Shown piece by piece: positions 37,975 to 47,065 of a DNA stretch of 64,000 bases. This stretch comes from a virus. Position numbers and translations under genes: made by a program. The notes under the pieces are model-generated. The model worked only from the letters and a program-made list of their open reading frames with translations. It had not been told where the DNA came from and did no database searches. Numbering within the stretch: the stretch's first letter is position 1; each line of letters opens with the position of its first letter. The stretch lies in the IMG/VR virus record IMGVR_UViG_3300008110_010375; one strand, written 5' to 3'.

Positions 37975-38372
37975 GCAAAGACTGGGTACACGACATCGCG
38001 ATGATGCATGAGCACTACAAAGTGCATCCCGTCATCGAGAACATGGATAAAGAAACCCTTGAGAAGTTTCTCAAGTTCCGCATCAACTTCCTCAAAGAAG
38101 AACTCGACGAGCTTCGCGACGCTGAGAACGCCGAAGACGTCGTCGACGCGCTCATCGACCTCTGCGTCGTGGCGATCGGTACGCTTGACACCTTCAAGGT
38201 GGACTCACACAAAGCTTGGGACGCGGTTCTGGAAGCCAACATGAACAAGAAGACCGGTGTCAAGGCGAGCCGCCCGAACCCGCTTGGACTTCCAGACCTG
38301 ATCAAGCCGGAAGGCTGGGAGCCCCCAAGCCATTCAAACAATTACGGTTTTTTAAGTAAAATCTTTGGTTGA
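37971..38372 (+). CDS. MazG-like all-alpha NTP pyrophosphohydrolase (candidate dCTPase/dUTPase)
   Basis: EELDE...EDVVDALIDL, V..ANM.K, KPEGW..P. Confidence 0.75.
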   Translation: MSKDWVHDIAMMHEHYKVHPVIENMDKETLEKFLKFRINFLKEELDELRDAENAEDVVDALIDLCVVAIGTLDTFKVDSHKAWDAVLEANMNKKTGVKASRPNPLGLPDLIKPEGWEPPSHSNNYGFLSKIFG

Positions 38373-38397
38373 CATTTTAATCTACTCATTGTATACT
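38369..38397 (+). promoter_or_regulatory. sigma70-like promoter of the DNA-modification island
   Basis: TTGACA-17-TATACT. Confidence 0.8.
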
Positions 38398-38438
38398 ATA
38401 AAAGTATCCTGCGCTGAGCGCTTAATTCGGAGAAAAAT

Positions 38439-39023
38439 ATGAGTGACCTTGCTACCTACGCCGACAAGATTTTGTCGGCTGAACCTGTAAAAGTCCAAAG
38501 AACAGAAGAGCTAAATAAAAAGTTCACGGATATAGCGAATGAGATTTATCGCTGTCCTTTTCGCAATAAGAATCGTCGTGAATTTAAGACTGTGTTTGAG
38601 TCCGTCGAAAAGATGGTCATTGAACACGCACTATCAAAGCTCACTGGACTTGCGATGAACTGGCAATCTTTTGATCACACCAATCGTGATACATACGCTT
38701 GGGACGTGATTGATCTAGAAACTAAAAAAACTTTTGAGTGCAAGCGCTGGGCCGAGAAGTGGTTTTCATTCAACAATAAAGATATCTCAACGTTCACAAA
38801 AAACATCGACATCATCGACTACTTCGTGTCGGGCAAAGTGTTTCGCACGCCGTCTTTCTATACGGTGGCTTTTCACTTGGTAGCCGACGCGAAGTCGTTC
38901 GAGAAGTATGTTCGCCCATCACAGTACACAACAAAACTGTACTACGATCACCACACGGCTATGAAGAAAGGTGACGCTTTCTTTCGTGACCACGTCTATT
39001 TTGAGAATGGAACAGCAGCATGA
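38439..39023 (+). CDS. denB: endonuclease IV (DenB)-like dC-specific nuclease
   Basis: DTYAWDV...FECK and KYVRPSQY resemble T4 DenB YTYAWDV...VEVK and KVVRKSNY (from memory). Confidence 0.65.
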   Translation: MSDLATYADKILSAEPVKVQRTEELNKKFTDIANEIYRCPFRNKNRREFKTVFESVEKMVIEHALSKLTGLAMNWQSFDHTNRDTYAWDVIDLETKKTFECKRWAEKWFSFNNKDISTFTKNIDIIDYFVSGKVFRTPSFYTVAFHLVADAKSFEKYVRPSQYTTKLYYDHHTAMKKGDAFFRDHVYFENGTAA

Positions 39024-39385
39024 CAGACAAAGAATCCGTGAAAGTGCTTCAAGAGTGCATCGACCTGCAGCTCAAGAAGTCTCAAGACTATCAGAACCCG
39101 AACTCAAACGTGGTTCAAGCCATGCACTACCGCCGCGGCATCGATACGATCCACGACACGCTTCAAGGCAAGCTCTATCGCGCCCAATCGCTTCTTGAGT
39201 CCGGCCGCGCCGACCAAGCGAACTTCGAGTCGCTTGAGGACACGTACAAAGATCTCATCAACTACGCTTCCTTCGCAGTGTCTTGGCTTCGCGGCAAGAT
39301 CGAAGGCCAAGATCCCGAGCGCGACATCTTCAACAAGAAGCGCGAGCAGTCAAAGTACTATTACGAGAAAGATCGCAACAAATGA
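39020..39385 (+). CDS. nucleotide-modification-associated protein (DUF1599/Nmad1-like)
   Basis: KKSQDY, K..R, ESLEDT..DLINYA. Confidence 0.7.
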   Translation: MTDKESVKVLQECIDLQLKKSQDYQNPNSNVVQAMHYRRGIDTIHDTLQGKLYRAQSLLESGRADQANFESLEDTYKDLINYASFAVSWLRGKIEGQDPERDIFNKKREQSKYYYEKDRNK

Positions 39386-40029
39386 TGACGATCGACGAGA
39401 TACGACTTCGCTTCAAGTACGACTACGACCTCGAAGTCTTTGTGACCGATAAGTCAGGCGTCAGGATGCTCGAGATCATGAACGCCAGCTTCATCGCCGA
39501 TCGACCGACGATCTTCGGCACGATCAACGAAGACTACGTCAAGCGCGAGCTTGAGTGGTACGAGTCTATGTCGCGCAACGTCAACGATATTCCCGGCGGG
39601 CCTCCGGCGATCTGGCAGCAGGTCGCGAGCGAGAGCGGTGAGATCAACTCCAACTACGGTTGGTGCATCTGGTCGGACGCGAACTACGCACAGTACGACA
39701 ACGTAGTCGCCGAGCTTCAAAAGAACCCAGAGTCTCGACGCGCGACCATGATCTACACACGCCCAAGTATGTGGCTCGACTACAATCGCGACGGCATGAG
39801 CGACTTCATGTGCACCAACACCGTGCAGTATATGATCCGACACGATCGCCTGCACGCTCTCGTGTACATGCGTTCGAACGACGTCGTGTTCGGCTACAAG
39901 AACGATCGCGCTTGGCAGAAGCACGTGCTCGATCGCCTCTGCGATGAGCTCGGCTACGAGCCCGGAAACATCTACTGGAACGTCGCCTCGCTCCATGTGT
40001 ATGAGAGGCACATCGACCTTGTCCGGTAA
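39382..40029 (+). CDS. 42: dCMP hydroxymethyltransferase gp42
   Basis: RELEWY, GEINSNYGW, SDFMCTNTVQY, MRSNDVVFGYKND (Asp at the dCMP-specificity site), SLHVY; close match to T4 gp42 as remembered. Confidence 0.93.
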   Translation: MMTIDEIRLRFKYDYDLEVFVTDKSGVRMLEIMNASFIADRPTIFGTINEDYVKRELEWYESMSRNVNDIPGGPPAIWQQVASESGEINSNYGWCIWSDANYAQYDNVVAELQKNPESRRATMIYTRPSMWLDYNRDGMSDFMCTNTVQYMIRHDRLHALVYMRSNDVVFGYKNDRAWQKHVLDRLCDELGYEPGNIYWNVASLHVYERHIDLVR

Positions 40030-40519
40030 GTGGATCGATAAGTACTTCAAGCTCGCTGAGCAGGTGTCGAGTTGGTCGAAAGACCCAAGCACCAAGGTCG
40101 GTGCGATCGCCGTCGGCGCGAAGGGTCAGATCCTGTCGCAGGGATACAACGGGTTCCCACGCGGGATCGAGGACAGTGAAGCTCGGCTGAGCGATCGCGG
40201 ACAGAAGTATAAGTTCGTGGTCCACGCCGAGCAGAACTGCATCTACAACGCGACGCTGAACGGGGTCAGCCTGTCAGACGCCGATATGTACATCTGGGGA
40301 CTTCCTCTCTGCTCGGAGTGCGCGAAGGGTGTCATCCAAGTGGGCGTCAAGCGCGTCTTCATGTGCTACCCTTCTGAGATCCCAAGTAAATGGAGCGACT
40401 CGTTCGAGCTGACGGCCGCTATGTTGAATGAAGCTAAAGTTGAGTGGAAGTGCTATGAATCGAGTCTTAGTAGTAGGTATGAACCCGTCGAACACTCCGG
40501 GAACGACGACGGGCGTTGA
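40019..40519 (+). CDS. cd: dCMP deaminase
   Basis: SKDPSTKVG, GYNGFPRG, HAEQN, CSEC; TTG start inferred. Confidence 0.9.
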   Translation: MSGKWIDKYFKLAEQVSSWSKDPSTKVGAIAVGAKGQILSQGYNGFPRGIEDSEARLSDRGQKYKFVVHAEQNCIYNATLNGVSLSDADMYIWGLPLCSECAKGVIQVGVKRVFMCYPSEIPSKWSDSFELTAAMLNEAKVEWKCYESSLSSRYEPVEHSGNDDGR

Positions 40520-40832
40520 GCGCAAGAACTCAACGTTCGATCGCCTGCACAAGTGGTTCGATCACGCCGGCGTTCACTACTTCTCTTTCGTAAATACAAC
40601 CGACAAGCGCGGTGAGATCAAGCCGGTCGACATCGACTGGGATACACTCAAGCTGTGTCTCAAAGGTCACACCAAGATTATTGCACTCGGCGGCTTCGCC
40701 TCGACGGCGCTTGGCAGGCTAAATATAGAACACTACACTTTGCCGCACCCGTCACCTCGCAACAGGAAGTTCAACGACGCGGCCTATGAACCAATGGTCA
40801 TGGAAGACTTGAGAAGGTACGTTACAAAATGA
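40455..40832 (+). CDS. small uracil-DNA-glycosylase-fold protein
   Basis: VVGMNPS, IIALG, LPHPSPRN. Confidence 0.7.
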   Translation: MNRVLVVGMNPSNTPGTTTGVERKNSTFDRLHKWFDHAGVHYFSFVNTTDKRGEIKPVDIDWDTLKLCLKGHTKIIALGGFASTALGRLNIEHYTLPHPSPRNRKFNDAAYEPMVMEDLRRYVTK

Positions 40833-42061
40833 AAGTTGCGATTCTCATGGGACGCGGCATCGAGGGATGCGGCGTCTCTAAGTTTACTATCGAGATGGCG
40901 AAGTACCTGCAGAAGCACGGTCACGAATACGTCGTCATCGCGGCCAAGGACAAGACTTGGTCGCGAAAGAACTCTCATGAGATGCCCAACCTCATGTACA
41001 TCAAGTTCGCCGAGGACGGCGCGGTCGATCACGTTGCCGACGCCTGCAACACCTGCGACTTGGTCGTCATCAACTCGCTGCCTCCGTTCGCCTACAAGAA
41101 GAACTTGAACTACGACGTCAAGGTCGCTGAGAACTTCCGCAAGATACTGCAGAAGATCCAAGCGCCTACGGTGTTGTTTCAACACGACCATAATAAGATC
41201 TCAATCACGCGCAACGACTGCCTTAAGGAATCTATCGAGAAGTCGAAGGCTCTGTTCGCCCACTCACCGACCGGCGACTTCGCGACGGTAGTCGAGTCGC
41301 TGTCTGAAGTCGGCGGGGTGTTAGGGTTCTTTGGCGCTGAGCCTGTGAAGCGTGAGATCTTAAACTTCCAGCCCGGGATGTATTTCGACGAGGTGCGCAA
41401 GAAGTACTGGAAACCCATCGAGCAGACGGACAAGATGTGTCACCGTTGGATCGGCCGCATGGCGCTGTGGAAGGGTCCGCGACTGATGTTCGACTTCCAT
41501 GAGAAGCACCTGCGCAAGATGAACGCGCTGACGATCCTCGAGGGCATGGAGAAGTCGCTGGCTTTCGTCGAGATCAAGCAGAAGTACTCATTCCAGTACT
41601 TCAACACCGAGAACCCCGACAACGTCGACTTTACTAAATACTACGGCGACACCGCGACAGTGTTCTCATTCTACAAGAACCATGAGCTGCTCGAGCGCCT
41701 CTCAAAGTCGGGATACGGGTACCAGCTCTCGCTTCTGGACTCAAGGTACATCAAGCGATCGATCGAGTACACACACTGCGAGGTCGCCGCCGCCGGAGCG
41801 ATTCCAGTCTTTCATCGCGGATACGGCGAAGCCTGCACGCATCGAGTCCTCGGCAAGCCCTTGACAGAATGCGCCGACAGTGGTACAATCTGGCTATCAA
41901 ACGACAACATGGAGCAGTGTGCTGATTTGATCGCGACGCTCAACACAGACGACGGCCTTCGCGACGAGTATCGCGAGAAGGCCTATGAGTTCTATAAATC
42001 ACACCAAGACGCAGACGCTGTCTTCGACGAAGCGTTCAAACTGATCGGAGAGGCGAAATGA
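40829..42061 (+). CDS. agt: DNA alpha-glucosyltransferase
   Basis: MGRGIEGCGVSKF, HDH, IGR...WKG, RSIEYTH.E..A.G.IPVF match T4 alpha-gt as remembered. Confidence 0.9.
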   Translation: MKVAILMGRGIEGCGVSKFTIEMAKYLQKHGHEYVVIAAKDKTWSRKNSHEMPNLMYIKFAEDGAVDHVADACNTCDLVVINSLPPFAYKKNLNYDVKVAENFRKILQKIQAPTVLFQHDHNKISITRNDCLKESIEKSKALFAHSPTGDFATVVESLSEVGGVLGFFGAEPVKREILNFQPGMYFDEVRKKYWKPIEQTDKMCHRWIGRMALWKGPRLMFDFHEKHLRKMNALTILEGMEKSLAFVEIKQKYSFQYFNTENPDNVDFTKYYGDTATVFSFYKNHELLERLSKSGYGYQLSLLDSRYIKRSIEYTHCEVAAAGAIPVFHRGYGEACTHRVLGKPLTECADSGTIWLSNDNMEQCADLIATLNTDDGLRDEYREKAYEFYKSHQDADAVFDEAFKLIGEAK

Positions 42062-43254
42062 AGCACGCAACAATCGTACCGCTCATAGGCGGTGAGACCC
42101 TAGGCTCTGAAAAAGCTTTCGGAAGCCGCCCAGTCTGGCTCGCTTCGTATGAAGCGTTTCAGGCAAACGACAGCCACCTGCTTAACTACTACAACAACGA
42201 GGTTCCGTATCACCTGATCGACAAGGGAAGCTTCCCAACCGAGAAGGTCGACGTCATCAGCACAGTGTGTCCATGCGCCGGCCTGTCGCAGCTGTCGCAC
42301 GGCTTCGGCGACCACAACCCGAACAACAAGTGGATGATCGAGACGGCGAAGTACGTGCTCGGCGAGCTTAAGCCCGAGGTGTTCTGGGGTGAGAACGCCC
42401 CAGGATTCGCAGGCAAGATCGGTGAGAACGTTCGCAACCAAGTGCGCCAGATCGGTCTCGACAACGGATACAGCATGACGGTCTACCGCACGCGCTCGCT
42501 CCTTCACGGGGTGGCGCAGGTGCGCGAGCGAGCTTTCTACTTCTTCTGGCGCGGCGACAAGGTTCCCGTGTTGAACTTCTACCAGCGCGAGCGTCCGACG
42601 ATTGAGGACACGATACTCAGCGTCACGTCTAACTTCCAGATGGATCCGATCAATCCAAAGACTCCGTCGAAGGACGATCCCTACTACCGCTTCATCCTTG
42701 AGCACATACACGGAGGCGTGAGTCATCGCGACTTCTGTAAGAACGTCGAGCCCGCCAAAGCGCGCGGACAGGACGTCTTATCATATATAGAACGCGTGGG
42801 CGTCGACTACGACGAGGTCGCCGAGTGGATGGGAGCCAACGGCTATCCCAAAGAAGTTGAGAAGTGCAAGGGTCGCAAGGCCAAGATTGCGGCCGGCGGA
42901 AACATCATGCGCCGCGGAACCATAGTCCCACGAGACTACATCGGCGCGTTCGTCGGTCACTACCCAATGATGCTGACGCATCCCGTCGAAGACCGCTACA
43001 TAACATACAGGGAAGCCATGACGATCATGGGACTCCCGCAAGACTTTGAGCTGCTCAACCCAAAGAAGAGCGCGAACCACATCTGTCAAAATGTACCAGT
43101 GAGCACCGCACATGACATGGCAACCGAAGTCCGTGAATATCTTGAAGGAAAGCGAGAACTCGTATCGTCTCGTCTCGCTTTCCAATACAACTTCTCTAGA
43201 ACAAATGAGTTTACTGATGAACGAACAACCTCTGCGCTCGATGCCTTCTTCTGA
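42058..43254 (+). CDS. divergent DNA cytosine-C5 methyltransferase-fold protein
   Basis: PC motif IV (CPCAGLS), ENAPG (VI), Q.RER (VIII), R.IT.REA (IX); motif I is IVPLIGG and motif X is CQNV. Confidence 0.75.
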   Translation: MKHATIVPLIGGETLGSEKAFGSRPVWLASYEAFQANDSHLLNYYNNEVPYHLIDKGSFPTEKVDVISTVCPCAGLSQLSHGFGDHNPNNKWMIETAKYVLGELKPEVFWGENAPGFAGKIGENVRNQVRQIGLDNGYSMTVYRTRSLLHGVAQVRERAFYFFWRGDKVPVLNFYQRERPTIEDTILSVTSNFQMDPINPKTPSKDDPYYRFILEHIHGGVSHRDFCKNVEPAKARGQDVLSYIERVGVDYDEVAEWMGANGYPKEVEKCKGRKAKIAAGGNIMRRGTIVPRDYIGAFVGHYPMMLTHPVEDRYITYREAMTIMGLPQDFELLNPKKSANHICQNVPVSTAHDMATEVREYLEGKRELVSSRLAFQYNFSRTNEFTDERTTSALDAFF

Positions 43255-43576
43255 GCTTAAGCACCTTGGGCTGGAAGATGTCGTGGTGAAAAAAAAGGAC
43301 TACAAGTACAACGAAGACCTGTACATTTCAGAAATCGCGGATTATATTGGTAAGACATACGGTGAGCACTACTCGCGGAACAAGTTCCAAGCGACTGAGT
43401 TCATCATAGATTCCGGTCACGGCACCGGCTTCTGCGTCGGCAACGTCCTAAAGTACGCGCAGCGCTATGGGCGCAAGGGCTCACCGGACGACTGGAGGAA
43501 AGACCTCATGAAGGTGATCCACTACGCGATCATCCAGCTTCACGTTCACGATACAACCTACGAGGACGACAAGTGA
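43241..43576 (+). CDS. DUF3310-like nucleotide-modification-associated protein
   Basis: HY...Q..EFI, GFC.GN.LKY..RYG.KG, DL.K..HY; start uncertain. Confidence 0.7.
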   Translation: MPSSELKHLGLEDVVVKKKDYKYNEDLYISEIADYIGKTYGEHYSRNKFQATEFIIDSGHGTGFCVGNVLKYAQRYGRKGSPDDWRKDLMKVIHYAIIQLHVHDTTYEDDK

Positions 43577-43761
43577 ACAAGTTTCTACAATATGTAAAGC
43601 ATTCAAACATACACGTGTCGCTTAGCTTGAATCCGTTCAAGTGGCGCGTTATTATTGATTGTTCTAGACGCAGCGATATGGATCCTGGGCTGTTGCTAGA
43701 TTTTCTAATGATTTTAGGTCCACTAAAGATTGCAATGATCATCGATGACGGGAGTTGGTAA
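43573..43761 (+). CDS. hypothetical protein
   Basis: short ORF coupled to its neighbours. Confidence 0.5.
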   Translation: MNKFLQYVKHSNIHVSLSLNPFKWRVIIDCSRRSDMDPGLLLDFLMILGPLKIAMIIDDGSW

Positions 43762-43763
43762 CG

Positions 43764-44630
43764 ATGGAAATCCAGATTAAAGTTGAAGAGCTGCAGAAGA
43801 AGAAACTCTTCGTGGCTACACCTATGTACGGCGGACAGTGTAACGGCATGTACGCCCGCTCGATGTGTGACCTCACTGCCATGTGCTTGAAGTACGGCAT
43901 CGAGATGCGCTCATACTTCTTGTTCAATGAGTCGCTCATCACTCGAGCCAGAAACTATTGTGTTGACGAATTCCTGCGCTCGGGTTATACTCACCTTATG
44001 TTCGTCGACTCGGACATCGGATTCAATCCCCAAGACGTGCTCGCTCTTCTCGCTCTCCAGACCGACGAGTCTCCATACGACATCATCGGCGGTGCGTACC
44101 CGAAGAAGTGCATCACTTGGGAAAAGATCAAGATGGCCGTCGATAAGGGAGTCGCGGATCAGAACCCAGCGCTTCTTGAAGACTTCGTCGGCGACTTCGT
44201 CTTCAACCCAGTGATGGAGAAGGGCGAAGCTTCCAAGTCGATCAAGCTCGACGAGCCGGCGGAAGTGCTTGAGATCGGTACTGGCTTCATGATGGTTCGC
44301 CGCGCGACCTTCGAGGAGTACGTCAAGAAGTACCCAAACATCATGTACAAGCCCGACCACGTCCGCACCGCTGAGTTCGACGGCACGCGCCGCATCGGCA
44401 TGTACTTCCAAGCCGAGGTCGACCCTGAGTCCGAGCGCTACTTGTCGGAAGACTACCTCTTCTGTCAGAACTCACGCAAGGCCGGAATGAAGGTTTGGCT
44501 CTGCCCATGGATGCACCTGCAGCACGCAGGCTTCTACACCTTCGGCGGCAAGCTCGCGGCTTTGGCATCTATCGGTGCCTCCGCGACGGCAGACCCCGCA
44601 CAGATCGCCGCAACAAAAGCAAAGAAGTGA
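43764..44630 (+). CDS. GT-A fold glycosyltransferase-like protein
   Basis: ATPMYGG, ESLITRARN, FVDSD (DxD), GTGFM, LSEDY.FC. Confidence 0.75.
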   Translation: MEIQIKVEELQKKKLFVATPMYGGQCNGMYARSMCDLTAMCLKYGIEMRSYFLFNESLITRARNYCVDEFLRSGYTHLMFVDSDIGFNPQDVLALLALQTDESPYDIIGGAYPKKCITWEKIKMAVDKGVADQNPALLEDFVGDFVFNPVMEKGEASKSIKLDEPAEVLEIGTGFMMVRRATFEEYVKKYPNIMYKPDHVRTAEFDGTRRIGMYFQAEVDPESERYLSEDYLFCQNSRKAGMKVWLCPWMHLQHAGFYTFGGKLAALASIGASATADPAQIAATKAKK

Positions 44631-44646
44631 TTGGAGACTATACATT

Positions 44647-45309
44647 ATGAAGTTGAGTGACAACACCATCGCGATTCTCAAGAACTTCGCGACCATCAAC
44701 CCGTCGATCCTGGTCCGTCCAGGATCGACACTCTCCACCATCTCACCTCAGAAGTCGATCTTCGCGAAAGCTCCGGTCGAGGAGTCGTTTCCTCGCGAGT
44801 TCGCCATCTATGAGTTGAGCAAGTTCCTCGGCGTCCTCTCGCTCTTCAACGAGCCTGAGATCGAGTTTAAAGAAAAGTCGATGCTCATCAAGTCCGGCAA
44901 GCAGCAGATCAGCTACACATACGCCGAGCCGTCGATGATCGTCGGCGCGCCTGAGAAGGACATCACCTTCCCTGAGCCTGAGATCGACTTCAACATCACT
45001 CAGGAGGAGCTCCAGAAGGTCGTCCGCGCGACCGGCGTCCTCCAAGTTCCAGACGTCAGCATCCAAGGCAACAAGGAGAAGGTTCGCGTCTACGCCATGA
45101 ACGCGAAGAACCCGACCACCGACACCTTCAGCATCGACGTCGGCGAGACCGACAAGCACTTCGACATGATCTTCAAGGCCGAGAACATCATCAAGCTCGT
45201 TCCGGCGAACTACAACGTAAAGATCTCGTCGAAGGGTTTAGCCCTGTACACTTCCGATAAAATAAGTTACTATGTAGCTACTGAGTCCAACAGCAGCTAT
45301 CAGGGGTGA
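44647..45309 (+). CDS. 45: sliding clamp gp45
   Basis: MKLS..TI.ILKNFATIN.SI, FAIYEL..FL. Confidence 0.95.
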   Translation: MKLSDNTIAILKNFATINPSILVRPGSTLSTISPQKSIFAKAPVEESFPREFAIYELSKFLGVLSLFNEPEIEFKEKSMLIKSGKQQISYTYAEPSMIVGAPEKDITFPEPEIDFNITQEELQKVVRATGVLQVPDVSIQGNKEKVRVYAMNAKNPTTDTFSIDVGETDKHFDMIFKAENIIKLVPANYNVKISSKGLALYTSDKISYYVATESNSSYQG

Positions 45310-46247
45310 GCATGGAAGAGTTCCTTTGGGTCGAGAAGTATCGGCCAAAGACTATCGAAGAATGCGTCCTTCCCGACGAACTAAAGAGCACCTTTCAGAA
45401 GTTCGTGGAGAAGGGCGAGATCCCAAACCTACTTTTAACTGGCGGCGCCGGCGTCGGTAAGACCACGGTCGCTCGGGCCATGCTCGAGCAGATCGGCGCC
45501 GACTACATAGTGATCAACGGGAGTATGAATGGAAACATCGACACACTACGAAACGAGATCCTACAGTTTGCTTCCTCAGTTTCTTTTACTGGAAGCAGGA
45601 AATACGTCATCCTTGACGAAGCAGACTACCTCAACGCCAACTCAACCCAACCAGCTCTACGAAATTTCATGGAGGAATTCTCAAGGAACTGTGGGTTCAT
45701 ACTCACCTGTAACTTCAGAAACCGCATCATCGAGCCCCTACACTCTCGTTGTTCCGTTGTCGAGTTCAAAATTTCCAAAGCGGATCTTCCTCGACTTGCA
45801 GCTCAATTCTTCAAGCGCGTCCTTTCAATTCTCGATGGAAATGGCGTAAAGTATGATAAAGCTGTTGTTGCTGAGCTTATTCAGCGCCACCTGCCTGATT
45901 GGCGTCGCGTGCTTAATGAACTACAGAGATACTCCGTAAATGGAACCATCGACACTGGAATCTTTGCTAACCACGGCGCTTCTGCTTTTACTGATCTGGT
46001 CGACATTCTGAAGCAGAAGAAGTTCGGCGAGATGCGTAAGTGGGTGGGTGAGAACTCCGACATGGACTCGACCACGCTCTTCCGTAAGTTCTACGACACC
46101 GCCTACGAGAAGGTCAATCCCAAGTCCATCCCTGAGCTCGTCCTCATCATCGCCAAGTACCAGTACCAAGCGGCGTTCGTGGCCGACCATGAGATCAACA
46201 CGGCGGCCTTCCTCACCGAGGTCATGATGGCGACGGAGTTCACATGA
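45306..46247 (+). CDS. 44: clamp loader large subunit gp44
   Basis: LWVEKYRP, G.GKTT, ILDEAD, PLHSRC. Confidence 0.96.
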   Translation: MSMEEFLWVEKYRPKTIEECVLPDELKSTFQKFVEKGEIPNLLLTGGAGVGKTTVARAMLEQIGADYIVINGSMNGNIDTLRNEILQFASSVSFTGSRKYVILDEADYLNANSTQPALRNFMEEFSRNCGFILTCNFRNRIIEPLHSRCSVVEFKISKADLPRLAAQFFKRVLSILDGNGVKYDKAVVAELIQRHLPDWRRVLNELQRYSVNGTIDTGIFANHGASAFTDLVDILKQKKFGEMRKWVGENSDMDSTTLFRKFYDTAYEKVNPKSIPELVLIIAKYQYQAAFVADHEINTAAFLTEVMMATEFT

Positions 46248-46666
46248 GTCCATTCGACTTCGTCAACGCGATAAACACGACCAAGAAAGACCTGATCCGC
46301 GACTCGGAGAACCCCGAGCTCGCGGAGAAGTCGTACAACCCGTTCCTGATAAACAGGGCCCTGTCTTACTTCGTCGACACCCTGCTGTACGCGAATGAGA
46401 TGAACCTGCACAATACCGTCGAAAAACAGCTGCAAAACGATTATCTGATAAATAGTATCAGGAAAGGTAAGCGTTTCTCGAAGTGGGCGAAGGCCGTCGA
46501 GGAACCTGATGTTCAGTGCGTGCAGGAATTCTACAAGATAAGCTACAGACGGGCTCTAGATGTCTGCGGTGTCCTTACGAAAGAACAGATCGACCTTATA
46601 AAAGAAAAGTTAATAAAAGGTGGTACTGATGTTCAATCTAAGCCAGCTGGTCGAGGTTCGACTTAG
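46244..46666 (+). CDS. 62: clamp loader small subunit gp62
   Basis: Y.PFLINR.LS, ANEMN, RK.KRFSKW. Confidence 0.92.
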   Translation: MSPFDFVNAINTTKKDLIRDSENPELAEKSYNPFLINRALSYFVDTLLYANEMNLHNTVEKQLQNDYLINSIRKGKRFSKWAKAVEEPDVQCVQEFYKISYRRALDVCGVLTKEQIDLIKEKLIKGGTDVQSKPAGRGST

Positions 46667-47042
46667 ATCCCCAGAAGACTTCTTAAAAGTCAAGGAGACC
46701 CTCTCAAGGATCGGTCTCGCTTCCAAGAAAGACAACACCCTCTATCAGTCCTGCCACATCCTGCATAAGCAGGGTCGCTACTACATCGTGCACTTCAAGG
46801 AGCTGTTCATGCTCGACGGCAAGCCCGCCGACTTCTCAGAGTCGGACGTTGCCCGCAGGAACAGGATAGCGCTGCTGCTCGATGAGTGGTCGCTCGTCGA
46901 GATCGTTGATAAGTTCAAAGTTCAGGAGCCGGTGTCTCCCATCAATCAGATAAAGATAATCCCTCACAAGGAGAAGTCTCAATGGAACTTGGTGGCGAAG
47001 TACACGATCGGCGGTGGTCGAGCATCTGGACTGAAGGTTTGA
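46629..47042 (+). CDS. regA: translational repressor RegA
   Basis: DFLKVKETL.RIG, LYQSCHILHKQGRYYIVHFKELF.LDG. Confidence 0.96.
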   Translation: MFNLSQLVEVRLRSPEDFLKVKETLSRIGLASKKDNTLYQSCHILHKQGRYYIVHFKELFMLDGKPADFSESDVARRNRIALLLDEWSLVEIVDKFKVQEPVSPINQIKIIPHKEKSQWNLVAKYTIGGGRASGLKV

Positions 47043-47065
47043 AGTGATACTATGGAAAGAACGTT

